Below, one piece after another: positions 12,906 to 24,559 of a stretch of DNA of 64,000 nucleotides. Origin of the DNA: Camelus ferus (Eukaryota). The stretch covers positions 104,534,001 to 104,598,000 of the forward strand of contig NC_045696.1 of NCBI RefSeq assembly GCF_009834535.1, given 5' to 3'. Under the pieces are notes generated by a model. That model searched no databases and was not told the origin of the DNA. It saw only the letters and a program-made list of their open reading frames with translations. Within the stretch, counting starts at the first letter, position 1, and each line of letters opens with the position of its first letter. A program made the translations under genes and the position numbers.

Positions 12906-13739
12906 AGCCCTGCTCTGCTCTGTCCTTTACTCCTGGTTTACACCCCACTTCGCTGCAGCCCCCTCCCCCTGTGCTCCCCCCAACCCCATTCATGTCTCTC
13001 ACCCACCACTTCTCTGTGCGGAGGGGGATGCCACTCAGAGTTGCTACTTTCTCTCCAAACAGTTGGGGGTGAGTCTATGTGAGTTCCAGAGTCCCCGCAG
13101 AGCTTGAAAAGCTTAAAGGGCCAGACATGTGAAATGAATGCATCTCTCTCCCTCACCTGGGTTGATGTGTATTATAACAATTTCTCTGCATTCAAATGAA
13201 AAGTCTATGAAAATATGTTCTTTTTCTCAACTGTTGGATGTTTATTTCTTGAACCCCAATGGTAAACCCTGTAGTACGTGCCCTGGGAAGAATTGAGACA
13301 CATTGTTTTCCTGGGTTGAGGGAGCTTACAGACTTGTTGGGGAGACGATGGGTAGATGTCCAGAAAGATCATTCATGGTGCAAAGGGGTGACGTGGGCAG
13401 CAGGGGTTCAGCTATAGGCAGTGGGGGAGTGAAACTCAGGCCAAGGGCCTGAGTCACGTTGTTCCAGGTTCACCACTTACTCACTGATTCAGTCAAATTA
13501 TATTGACTCTCCAGGTTTTAATTGTCACCTGTGAAGAGGCCCAGAAGATGGCATTGTGCAGACAATGTCTACCTGATACGCCCCAACCCTGGTCTGACAC
13601 TGCCCCCGCTGCACTGCTGGGACCAGGGTGAGGTGTCTACAGAGTACAGTTCAGGGGGTCCTCATTCTCAAGGTGACCAGGCACCTGCCCAGCTGTTCCA
13701 AAGAATGACCACCGTGAGGAGAAAGGAGGACATGACTGC

Positions 13740-13945
13740 ATGCCACTCTGGGTCAGGCATCAAGCTTTGTACCTCCACCCACATGGTCTCATTTAATCTT
13801 CACAACAAACCTGCAAGGCAGATGTTTTATACCAATTTGTACAGATTTAAAAAAAGAAAAAGTATCAGAGGCGTTATTACTTGCTCAAGGTCACAGAGTT
13901 AAAGTTGGCATAAAAACCCCGGGTGTAATTGACTCCTAACTCCAT
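13740..13945 (-). mobile_element. MIR SINE
   Basis: tctcatttaatcttcacaacaaacctgcaagg...cttgctcaaggtcacagag is the antisense MIR core. Confidence 0.75.
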
Positions 13946-15109
13946 GTCCCTCCCCTGCTGCACCATCTCCAAGCAGCCTCAGAACGTATAAGGGGCCCAC
14001 CCCGGGGACTGCTTCCAGGAGCATTCAGTATTTCCGCTCAAGTCTCGCTCGAGAGAGAAAGCCCCCATTTTACATATAGGAAGTGTGTCCTGATCTTTTA
14101 CTAACAATGTTTTCTGAGATGGTCAATCAATACCAATTTTACCTTTAGGCTTTTGTTTTTTATTATTTCATCGATCCTCAGTTTCATTATGAACACTCCA
14201 TTTTCACTACATCCCCTCCTGGCCATTTCTCAAATGTGGTTGAGGAATTATGGACAAGACAGCCAGGCTGTGGGCCAGGCTCTAACAAGAAGGCTGGTTC
14301 TCGTTCTGCCGCCGCTGCTCAGGGCTGTCTGTACAGCCTCTCGGACACGGCTAGCTCTGCAGCCTTCAGGGCAGGGGAACGGCTTTCATCCCATCCTCAA
14401 GTTTCCTTTCTGCTCTGAATTGGCTGGGGTTGAGGGCATGAACTTCTGAAGTGCCTGCCTCATGATTCTATCCCAAGATCAATGCCGATATGGGAATATT
14501 AGCAGCGAAGGTGTTCAGACTGGTTCTGGGGTGTTCTCTCGAGGTCCCTAAGATTGCCGTGATTCTAAGATGAGCCAGGCCATTTCTTTTTGAAGAATCC
14601 GGTTAAACCAAAAGTAAATGAGGGTTATTTTTCTGTTGGAGACATTTGATCACCACTAAAGCAATTCTCAAGACTCAGAAATCCTGAACAAGAGGAAAGG
14701 AGAGGAAAAAAAGAAAAGGAAAAGGAGGAAGGAGAAGAGGAAACACCAGAGGAGGGTGAGCTAAAGTAAAACTTAGGGCGACATATTTTTATTAAGCTAA
14801 ATCCAGCTCAATCAACTCAACAGTACCAGTATTCTTCGAGAGTAGAATAAATGTGAGGTGATGTGCTGGGGCCAGAAACACAAAGGAAATGAGCTGGATT
14901 CCTCAAGACATAAGGATACCCAATCCTCGAGTGTTCATTACCGTCTAGAAGAGACAGTGAAATGAACAAGGGGATGCCATGCTCACTTGGTTTGCACCAG
15001 CTCAAACTGAGATCAGATCTAGTCCCTGTGAATAAAAACTAGAGCACACGTCACCCTTATTTATTCCAGCTCTTCACCTGACACTTGTGTTCTAGTTGAA
15101 AAAGAATCC

Positions 15110-15390
15110 GTTCGTTTATTCACCCATTCACTCACCTTATAAACATTTATTAGGGACTATGGGCCCAGCACTGGTGAAACAGTGATGAACAAAATCGACC
15201 CAGTCCTGGCCTATGAGCTGCTGACCGTCCAGTGGGGGAGGGAAGTAAGCAGTCAATCACCCACCTTCATGAAGGATGGCAACTGTGTTACTTAACGTGG
15301 AGGGAGGGCTACTTGGTGTGAGGAGAGTTTCAACCTGGTCAGGCAGGGTGGGGAGGTCTAACCTCAGGATGTGATGGCTGAGCTGAGATC
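15110..15390 (-). mobile_element. LINE-2 3' fragment
   Basis: ttcgtttattcacccattcactc...aaacatttatt...cagtgatgaacaaaatcgacccagtcctg resembles the antisense L2 tail. Confidence 0.65.
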
Positions 15391-15520
15391 ACAGGAAGAG
15401 ACAGAGGGAGACATCCAGGTCCCACGGGAAGGAACTGAGGGGTAGCACACCATAGTGCCCTCCAGCAGGAAGGGACAAGGGACTACAGAGGCCTGTGTGG
15501 CAGGAGTAGAGACAATGGAG

Positions 15521-16430
15521 CAGGACCAGCTTTATGGATGTGCAACCAGGGAGCCACATGGAACCTCGTGCTCAAGAGGGCTCTGCTGTCGTCATGTTGA
15601 AATTCTTAATAATTTCATCTTTGAACTTGGGTTTTGTAAATGAAGTCCGATGGGACAATGGAACATGTCCTGGGCATAGGAGTTGGGTGTAATATGAACG
15701 CCTCCCTGTTCCTCGCTCCCCGTTTACACCTAGTGTTCAGGATATGTCAAGAGCACAGCACTCCTGTGGACCCGGGGTGTGGGGGAGGTCAGAGGGACTC
15801 CATGAGAAGCACGTGACTTCCACGACTGAGTAATTGAGTAAGTGGGGAGCTGACAGCCCTGACAGAGGCTACCTGTCCTGTTTGAACCAAACTGTTTTGA
15901 ACACAGAAAAAAGGTAAGGGGGTCTAAAGAATCATGATCAACCAACCAAAGAACCTCGTCGTATCCTTTCTTACTCATGTTACTTCTCTGTAGTAGCCAG
16001 CCACCTGTGCTGAAAACAGACAGAGAGGAAAAGGAAAGATAAAACCACCCATCCTGCCTTTTCTTTTTGCGCCGTCCTTACTATCAGCAAGCTAAAGGCA
16101 GAGAACATTGGTAGAAGATGCACGTGTCAGGAAGTGAAATGGAAACAGCTGAGTACGGTTTGTGTGGCATTCTCGATGCTTTGGTAAAAAACTAAATGCA
16201 TATGCATACGTGAGCTATGGCGACATGCAAATTCTGTCGTTTTCAGAGATTCTGCACAGCACTTAATGGCTCCTCTACTTGCACTGAAAACTGGCATTGC
16301 ATGGTATACAGATAAATGGTAAAATCCCTGCTAATAATTAAAAATTTTATTTTTTCTTTACTTAGAATGACATAAAATAGCAAATGAAAAACACAGCAAG
16401 TTGAGAGAGAGATGACAGAGGAAATGTCTT
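15521..16430 (+). mobile_element. hAT-Tip100 DNA transposon fragment (Zaphod/MER115/MER91-related)
   Basis: Start caggaccagctttatggatgtgcaacc...gctctgctgtcgtcatgttgaaattcttaataatttcatctttgaacttg...gaagtccgatgggacaatgg matches the recalled Zaphod/MER115 5' end. Right boundary approximate. Confidence 0.7.
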
Positions 16431-17208
16431 GGTATGGGGTCTGGAGGAGGAAGGAGATTTCAAACTTGCAGTTCCCAGCGTCCGTGTGTGACACATTTGG
16501 CTGTCTCGATTTTTCATGAGGACTGTCACTAGAATTTGTGATTACTAGTAAAGCACTGCAGTGGGAGGGTGATGTACTTAAAAGTAAATGACCAGACCTA
16601 ATAGTTTCCATATAAAAATATCACTTTTAAAATCTTGTTCTCCAATCTGCTTTTACGGGAGGGAGAGCTGGTGTGCCAGGGACTAGGTACGGGGGTACGA
16701 TGCACAGTGCACCTGCACTCTGGACCAGTACCAGGCTCTGAGGGGAAATGGGGCCAGTAGCATCTCACAGTGGCTGTGGCTTAAGATCGTGGCTTCACTA
16801 CGAGCCCCCTTGACGGGCCAGACCTGCAGTGGTCCCAGCCCCTCAGTCACCCGTCTCTATCTCACAATTACCTTTTCCTCTGTAGTAACACATCTCCCGA
16901 CCCACCTGCAGAAACTGGTGTAATTGTCTCTACATTCCTCCCCTAGAATTGTGGAGGAAATGAATGACATTGATGAATGAATGAACGAAATTGACTTTGA
17001 GAATGTGTCTTGTTCCTACCCTTGAACAACAGACTGTGTTGATTCTATTTGTCAGATTAGGAAACTGAGTCTCAGAGAGATTAAGTGGTTCACTCAAGGT
17101 CGCTTTGATAGGAAGGCACAGATCGAGGACTGGTATCTAGACTCTTTGAATCTAAATCCAGGGCCTTCTTTGTTCTTTCGTGTGGCTCATCACTGTGATG
17201 TTCTAAGA

Positions 17209-18582
17209 GAGGGGTTCTCAGAGTGTGGTCTGTAGACCCCTGACATCCCCAAGACCCTTTCTGTGGGTCCACAGAGTCAGAGTTATCATCATCTTAACAT
17301 TAAGCTGTTATTTGCCCCTTTCATTGCGTTGATCTTTGCACTGATGGTATAAAAGCAACAATGACTGGAAGGTCTGGTGCCTTTATATTCTACGCGACAT
17401 ACAGTCACAGTAAAAATAGAGAAAGAAGTAAGGCCAGTTTCACTTGAGAGAGGCTTTAATGATGCAGTAAACGTTACCAGTTTTATTAAAGCTCAATCCT
17501 TGAGTACATATATTTTCATACTTTGTGACAAAATAAAAAATACACATAAAGCATCGTTGTGGAGCAAGTGTATGCTGGTTTGTCTCTAGGCAAAGCATTT
17601 GTGTCATTTAAGTTGAGTGGGAGCTGTGCTAGGACCTTTTTGTAGGGGATGCTGTTTTTACTTGAAAGAGTGATTGACAGACAAACTATGTTTATTCAAA
17701 CTTGAGTGTGTGGCAGACATTCTTTTAAAGTAAGCCTGTCAACTTGAAGGAAAAGAACTAGTAGTATTTGTTGCCAGTGATACATTTGAGACTTCAGTTT
17801 TGGAAAATCTGTGTCTGCCACAGCGAGTCTGACAATGTACCAAGGCTTTAAATACTTTCCCGATGAGATGAGTCATGATATTAATGAACGTGACTGTTTG
17901 ATATTGTATAATGAAATAGGTGAACTTCTGAAAGATCTGCTTAACAATAAATTGGTATCTTCCAAATGATTAATGCATACAGTTATGCAGAACGTATGGG
18001 TAACAGATTCATTCAAAGTGTGAAATGGATCAATGGATTTTGATGTAAGAGTGGAGAATAAGTTTATCAATGTGCTTTCAGATTGTTGTAGCTAAACTTT
18101 AAGAAACGATTACTTATGGAGTTCTTGTGTCGTATCAGAGAAGGATAGCTGAAATTATCTGAAAAACTTAAAAGATTCCTCCTTTTTCCAATGATACACC
18201 TGGGGGAGGCTGTATTTTTTATTCACCTACTTTGACCTAAACAACATATCACAACAGATTGAGGGCAGAGAAGCTATGAGGTTCTAGCTGTCCTCTGTTA
18301 GACACTGAAGAGATTACAAAAGTGTACATAATGCCACTCTTCATACTAATTTTGTCTCGGAAAATTATTTTTGGTTAAATTACGTGATATGTAACATGTA
18401 GTGAATTTACTATGGTGATTTTAAAATAAATTAATAAATAAGCATTTGCAAGTTTCTCAGTTTTACTTTCTAACACAGTAAATATTGATGGATAGCACCC
18501 ACCTAGCCAAAAGCTCTTGAGGGTCCTTAAGAATGTTTAAGAGCATAAAGGGGTCATGAAACCCAAAAGCTTATAATATAGT
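17209..18582 (+). mobile_element. Charlie1a-like hAT DNA transposon, near full length (~1.37 kb), with decayed transposase remnants
   Basis: 5' end ggttctcagagtgtggtctgtagacccctg...gaccctttctgtgggtccacagagtca and 3' end aaaggggtcatgaaacccaaaagctt match recalled Charlie1a termini. Confidence 0.85.
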
Positions 18583-18800
18583 TTCCACCCAGATCATGAT
18601 TCCATACCCTGTCCCTGATACTCGAAATCACCCATCACCTCTCAGAATACTTCCAATCTCAGAGCAACACAATTTTCTCTGTATCGCACAGCTGGGGCAT
18701 TTGTGGTGCGGGTAACTAGGCAGAGTTTGATGTCCACAGAGTGCTGGGGTCTGGGAACTTCATTTCCGCATCTGCATCCAAGCACGGATGCTTCACATCT

Positions 18801-19031
18801 GGCTCTGGAGTCAGACTGGACTTGAATTCTACCTCTATCAACTAGCTGTGGGACCTTGGGAAACTCACTTATCTCTCCACTTCTACTTTTTCATCCACAA
18901 AATGGGGTGATACTGTAATAGTTACCTCATAGTATTATTGACTGTTGAGATTAAATGAGCCAATACATGCAAAGCACTTATCAATGCCTGGCATGAAGTT
19001 AAGTACTATGTAAGCATTAGCTCTTATCATT
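18801..19031 (+). mobile_element. MIR SINE, near full length
   Basis: ggctctggagtcagactggacttgaattc...actagctgtgggaccttgggaaactcactta...aaaatggggtgata...gattaaatgag...aaagcactta. Confidence 0.88.
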
Positions 19032-21115
19032 GCCATTATATTGAAGAAAACTCACATACTTCTGGCAAACTCCCTCTCATGTGTGAGAATGGAAGAGGCC
19101 GAATGTGGAGATCATTTCACCACCAGAAATATTTTGAACGTATGTCACATGCGTCATTAAAAACCAGCCTGGCTCCTCGAAGTACCTTACACTTCAGCCA
19201 CGCTTACACATCTTTATTTTCCTGACTATCGTTGCCCAAAGACCGCATCTTGTGCATTTACAAAGTCTCGGCCAGTACTGCCTCATGGGTAGAGCTTTTG
19301 GGGGGCAGGGGTGTTGTCTGTCTGTTTGACTTTGCTCCTCACAGTGAGCAGAGGTTGCTGATGGCCATTATTGGGCTAGAGTCAAGGGTACAAATCAGTC
19401 TTATATACCAAGAACCATGAAATGAATGTAGCTTCCCCTTGAGAAAAACTCTACCCCAAGCTGCAGCTAGTCTTGTTGGAGCCAACAGCGGGCCAGGTTC
19501 TTGACTCCAGGTTTGAGGAAAATGATAGGTCTTGTAAAGGCTTCTCCACCAGATTGGTGAGGTCCTTCCAGAGGGAGGGTGGTACCACCTGCTCTCAGCT
19601 GCACACCCTGTCCTCCCAGCACACACACCTGCAGGCAGTGAACACTGAGCACACCGCCGGAGGGCTGGGCAGGTGAGTTTCTTAAAGTGTACACCTCTGC
19701 ATGGAGTCCTCTCTAGTCACTTCGGGTGCAATATAATGGGAAAGGGCAAATGTAAGTCACATCAAGAGGTAATCATGTCCACAATATCAAATTAGGGCTG
19801 AACTGAGAAATCAATATTTACAAAAAAAAAATTGATTTTAAGCCCCCCCACTTCAGTTAAAAACTTGAACCTCTAAAAGTAGAAAGTAAAGGGAAATATT
19901 CAATGGAGTGTCCTTGAACTTGGCTGCTCCGTCATGTGTCTGGATGCCAGGGAGATCTCAGACAGGCCAATCAAGGCAAGCAAATGGCCTTGGTCTGAGT
20001 CCCAGCTCTGCTCTTCTCAGCTGTATGACCTTGGGCAGCTCCCAAGTTCCTCTTCATTACAACTGGGATATAGCCATGCCTAATCCCCAAAGTACCGTGA
20101 GGCCACAATGACACACTAAATGTGGAAGAACTTTGGAAAACGTAAAGGTCTATCTACTTTGTATTATTGCAATGATAATAAATCCTGCCGGCGAGTTACT
20201 AGATGCATATTGGCAATGTACTTTTTTCTGTTAGAAACCAAAGTGTGGGGTGGGGGTGTTACCATTTATAGCTTTCTGTCTACTTAGTACTGAGTAAAAA
20301 TAAAACATACTCTTTGATTTAAAAAGTTGTTTTCCTGAAGCTTTGTGCTGAGATCAAAAACCCCTCCTTTTGGAAGATTAACATAGCACGGTTACTTTGT
20401 TGCTTAAAAAAATCCCCAATGAAGACAAAGCATGTTATTTCTTCTTTGGTGACATTTGTTGAAACAATAAATGACGTAGCAACTAAAGTATATGCTGAGA
20501 GATCTGGAGAGGTCCCCAGGGCTCAGCTGGTCCCAACGGGATCAAAAAAAGCCTGAAGAGATGTTGGGAGGTCATTTGGTCTGGCTGGGGCCCACGGTCT
20601 GGAAGTGAAGGACTCCAGGTATAAAAATGTGCTGTGTTCATTATTCTCTCAGCAAACCTTCCCGGGGCATAAAAAAAAATAGTAAGAAGAAAATGAAAAA
20701 ATATATAATTAATAAAATTCACTGTAGCTCACATTTATTGGGCATTTACAATGAAGCAGACATTTATTTAGGGCTACAGTGAAAACAAGGAGCTTGCTTC
20801 GCTGTATGCGGTGACATGCCTGGCCAGGGGTGGGTGGTTTGGATGAACCAGAGATCAGCTCTGTCTTCGTGGAGCAGAGAAGGAGGCAGATGCACAGAGC
20901 TGAGTCAATACAGTACTGCCTGCCAAGGCTGCAGTAGGTGTCTGTTTGGGGGGTTGTGATGATGGACCAGTCAAACTCGCTCCTAAATCCTTCCAGAATC
21001 AGTTGTGGCTGTCCTGTAGCCACCACAGAGGAATGCTGTAGCTGCAAGGAAGAAAGTCTTTCAGCTTAAATAACTGCTGAGATGAGACCATGTCTTCTGA
21101 ATACTACCCTTTCTC

Positions 21116-21640
21116 TTTTTCTTTTTTATTCAAGATAGTCAGTTTACAATGTTGGGTTGATTTCTGGTGTACAGCATAATGTTTTAGTCATTCATATACA
21201 TACATATATTCCTTTTCATGTTCTTTTTCATTGGAGGTTACTACAAGATATTGAATATAGTTCCCTGTGCTATACAGTAGAAACTTGTTGTTTATCTATT
21301 TTATATATAGTAGTTAGTATTTGCAAATCTCAAACTCCCAATTTACCCCTTCCCACATCCTTTCCCCCTGGTAACCACAGATTTGTTTTCTATGTCTCTG
21401 AGTCTGTCTCTGTTTTGTAAATAAGTTCATTTGTGTCCTTTTTCTTCTTTTTTATAGATTTCACATAAAAGTGGTATCATATGGTATTTTTCTTTCTCTT
21501 TCTGGCTCACTTCACAGTCTCCAGATCCATTCATGTTCCTGCAAATGACATTATTTTATTCTTTTTTTATGGCTGAGTAGTATTCCATTGTGCAGGCATG
21601 TGTGTGTGTGTGTGTGTGTGTGTATCTCACAACTTCTTTC
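21116..21640 (-). mobile_element. 5'-truncated LINE-1 3' end, same subfamily as 5934-6428
   Basis: Reverse complement contains atggaatactactcagccataaaaaa, gagtttgagatttgcaaata and ctgtatagcacagggaactatattcaa. T-rich tail at the left and internal (TG)n near 21599-21622. Confidence 0.92.
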
Positions 21641-22322
21641 TTCATGTCTTTCTCTTTACAATAGTGTTTCATGCTTCTATTCATAGCAGGAGGGTAGTAT
21701 AGGTCAGAGCCTAAGAATCACATAAATCTCGATTCAAACCTTGATTCTTCACTTGTCTTCTCTGAAACTTTAATAAAGTTCATCTTTTCCACACTTCCGT
21801 TTGCCCATTTTTGAAATGGGGACAAAGCCATCTCCCTGTGGTCATCATATTATAATCAGAGTGGTACTTTTTTCTTTCTTAAACTGAGAATTTGCTATGG
21901 CATCAACTGGGTTGAGTGATTTGTGTAAAGCTCTATAATTTAACTCTCACCACAGCTGTATGAGGCAGTCAGCAGAAAGTGACGGCAGGCCAGACCAGAT
22001 GGGCTCCTTCCTACTTCCACTGTTGTGCCCTTGCTAGTGTCAGTGACTTCCAGCCCTCCTGCTGACCTCACTGGTTGGTCCTGAGGTGTCCATCATTCTG
22101 CTCAGGTGTGCAGGGGATAGGAGGAGGAGGGAGCAAGGAAACTGCACTGACCAGGACAGTGATGGTGTCTTTAATATTTGACAAAAGAGTGCTTTAAACC
22201 CTGTGTCTCAAAAATTACTGGCCCAGATAGAATTATCAGATGGGGATAAATACCTGGCACACTGCCAAGCAGGAACGGGGACCTGTCAAATAGGGGTAGA
22301 GAATCTTATTAAAAAATGAAGG

Positions 22323-22590
22323 TGTAAACTGACTATACTTCAACTAAAAAAAAAAAAAAGCTCTGAAATAAAAAAACAAAACAAAACAAAACAAAACAAT
22401 TACAACACAAAATAACAAGGATTTACTGTATAGCACAGGAATCATATTCAATATCTTATAATAAACTATAATGAGAAAGAATGGAAAAAATGATACATAT
22501 ATATACATATATATGTATAACTGAATCAGTTGGCACCTGAAACTAACACAATATTCTAAATCAATTGTCCTTCATTAAGAAAAAGAGAAA
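22323..22590 (+). mobile_element. Two adjacent short LINE-1 3' tails
   Basis: tgtaaactgactatacttcaact plus A run (22323-22359), then (CAAAA)n, then aacaaggatttactgtatagcacagg...cctgaaactaacacaatattctaaatcaa plus A-rich tail. Confidence 0.8.
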
Positions 22591-23344
22591 ACATTATAAC
22601 ACGCACACATACACACAAACACACACACACACAAATAAAGGGGTCTTGTTTGCCCATAGCTGTTGGATACAGGTGAGGCAGATCCACTTCTCAGTCATTA
22701 CCTGGAATCTAGCTCAGCTAATTCCTTCCTGTCTTTTAGGGGGAAATGACAGATGTCGAAGCTTCCTGGAGAGTGAAAAAGTCCCAAACAAATATACTGG
22801 CCCTTTACTGCTGTCCCATTACCTCCATCGACAAAAGTGCTGAAAGAATCTGCTTCCTGCAGGGAGGGAATCTTACTAGGTGATGAGGTCCCCAGAAGCC
22901 TAAGACTCTGTCCTTACTCTCCTGGAGCTCTCAACTGGGTCTCAGAAATAGAAGCTACACATTGGATCAAATAACTAAAGGTGTTTGAGTTTAATGAGTT
23001 CTCAAGATACAGGGGCTGAATAGTGCGGCCTCCCCAATTAACCATGACTATTCACCTAGAGTCGGTATCAATCATGCTGACAGCTAAACCCTTTGGAATC
23101 TCTTCCTGTCCCTTTTTTCTCCATGTCCAGAGGTCTCTTATACAGCATCAAGACTGAACCAGTCAGAGGTTTAAACCCAGTTTTTTTTTTTAATTTGTTT
23201 TTTTCCTCTACTTTATTCTGAATTCTTCTCATCTACAGTGTTTTACGGACTTGGATAGACATGGAATGAAAGTTTCTCTTCAAAGAATGACTTGTTGAAT
23301 GCTCTGCCTTCTACTTTTCAATGTGTAAGTTATTACCCACAGTG

Positions 23345-23703
23345 TGATTCTTGAATGCTTGAAATGTGGCTGGTAGGGCCAAGGAACTGGATTTTTAATT
23401 TGATCTAATTTTTATCATTTTAAATGCAAATTTAAGGGCAGATACGCAATACAGTTACTGGAAAATTTGTTAAGTCTGGCTGGATATGAATTGAAAAGAC
23501 TTTTAAAAATGAAAAATAGAATGTAAAATTTCTCCTTGATAATTTTCTATTTGATAAAATATTGAAATGATAATGTTGGCTATTTTGGGTTATATAACAT
23601 ACACTAATAAAAATCAATTTCACCTGTTTCTTTTTACTTTTTGAGTGAGGCTACTAGAAAATATATTTTATACATGTGCTTTAACTCTGTTTCTGTTAGA
23701 CAC
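23345..23703. mobile_element. MER33/MER3-like hAT-Charlie MITE
   Basis: cttgaaatgtggctggt...aggaactggatttttaattt and aatcaatttcacctgtttctttttactttttgagtgaggctactagaaaat match recalled consensus. Confidence 0.7.
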
Positions 23704-24349
23704 TTATGCCCTACATTATTAATAACATTAATAATGATTATTAATATTAATAATACATGAACATCATTAAAGGCTAATTTTCCCCTAGAAACAAACATAA
23801 AGTAGAGAGGATGCATTCCACACTAACTATAGAATTGTTCTGATTTAATGCTGATTTTTATTTCTTAGCATGATTCCTAACGTTTAGGAGAAGGCTCCCT
23901 CTTAAAAAACAGCCCATCTTTGGATGATTAAGCCAAATTTAGCTCAAGTTCCCAAAGTGCTGATTGTCAGGCTCTGAATTAGATTTGTCTCTTAATGACT
24001 GCTTGGATGGCATTGTTATTATAGGACAAAAAATATCTTGAAATTTTAATGACATTGAATATTTAAATACTAGCCCACTGGTCACACTACAAATTGAGAT
24101 GTATGTGCTGACAAATGGCTTTTATTAATTACCAGCTAAGGTAGAAGTCTTTTGGCAATAGGATTCCAATTTAGAATCACTTAATCACCAGAACTGAAAA
24201 TGTGTAATCCTTTATAAAGAAAATTTTATTTTTATGAAAGAAATTTAATATTACATTAGTGTTATATTAATAATAAAATAATAATTTTTAAAAATAATAA
24301 TTATATATTGCATACCATCACATCATGTCAATATACTTATTGTTCTTTT

Positions 24350-24435
24350 TCTCCCATCCAAGTACTAACCAGGCCTGACCCTGCTTAGCTTTGGAGATCA
24401 GATGAGCTCGGGCACAGAGTGGTATGGCCATAGAT
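24350..24435 (-). pseudogene. 3'-truncated 5S rRNA retropseudogene (about nt 1-90 of 5S)
   Basis: Minus strand reads atctatggccataccactctgtgcccgagctcatctgatctccaaagctaagcagggtcaggcctggttagtacttggatgggaga, collinear with vertebrate 5S rRNA apart from CpG decay and a small deletion. Flanked by direct repeats 24337-24351 and 24436-24450. Confidence 0.93.
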
Positions 24436-24559
24436 TAACTGTTCTTTTTCTAATGAGAATAATTCAGATTCACACAAAATGTAACACACTGTGCTTATTT
24501 CCTTACTAATGGAGGATAGAAAACTTGAGGTTGTAACAGGTACAAGGAAAAGGACCTGG

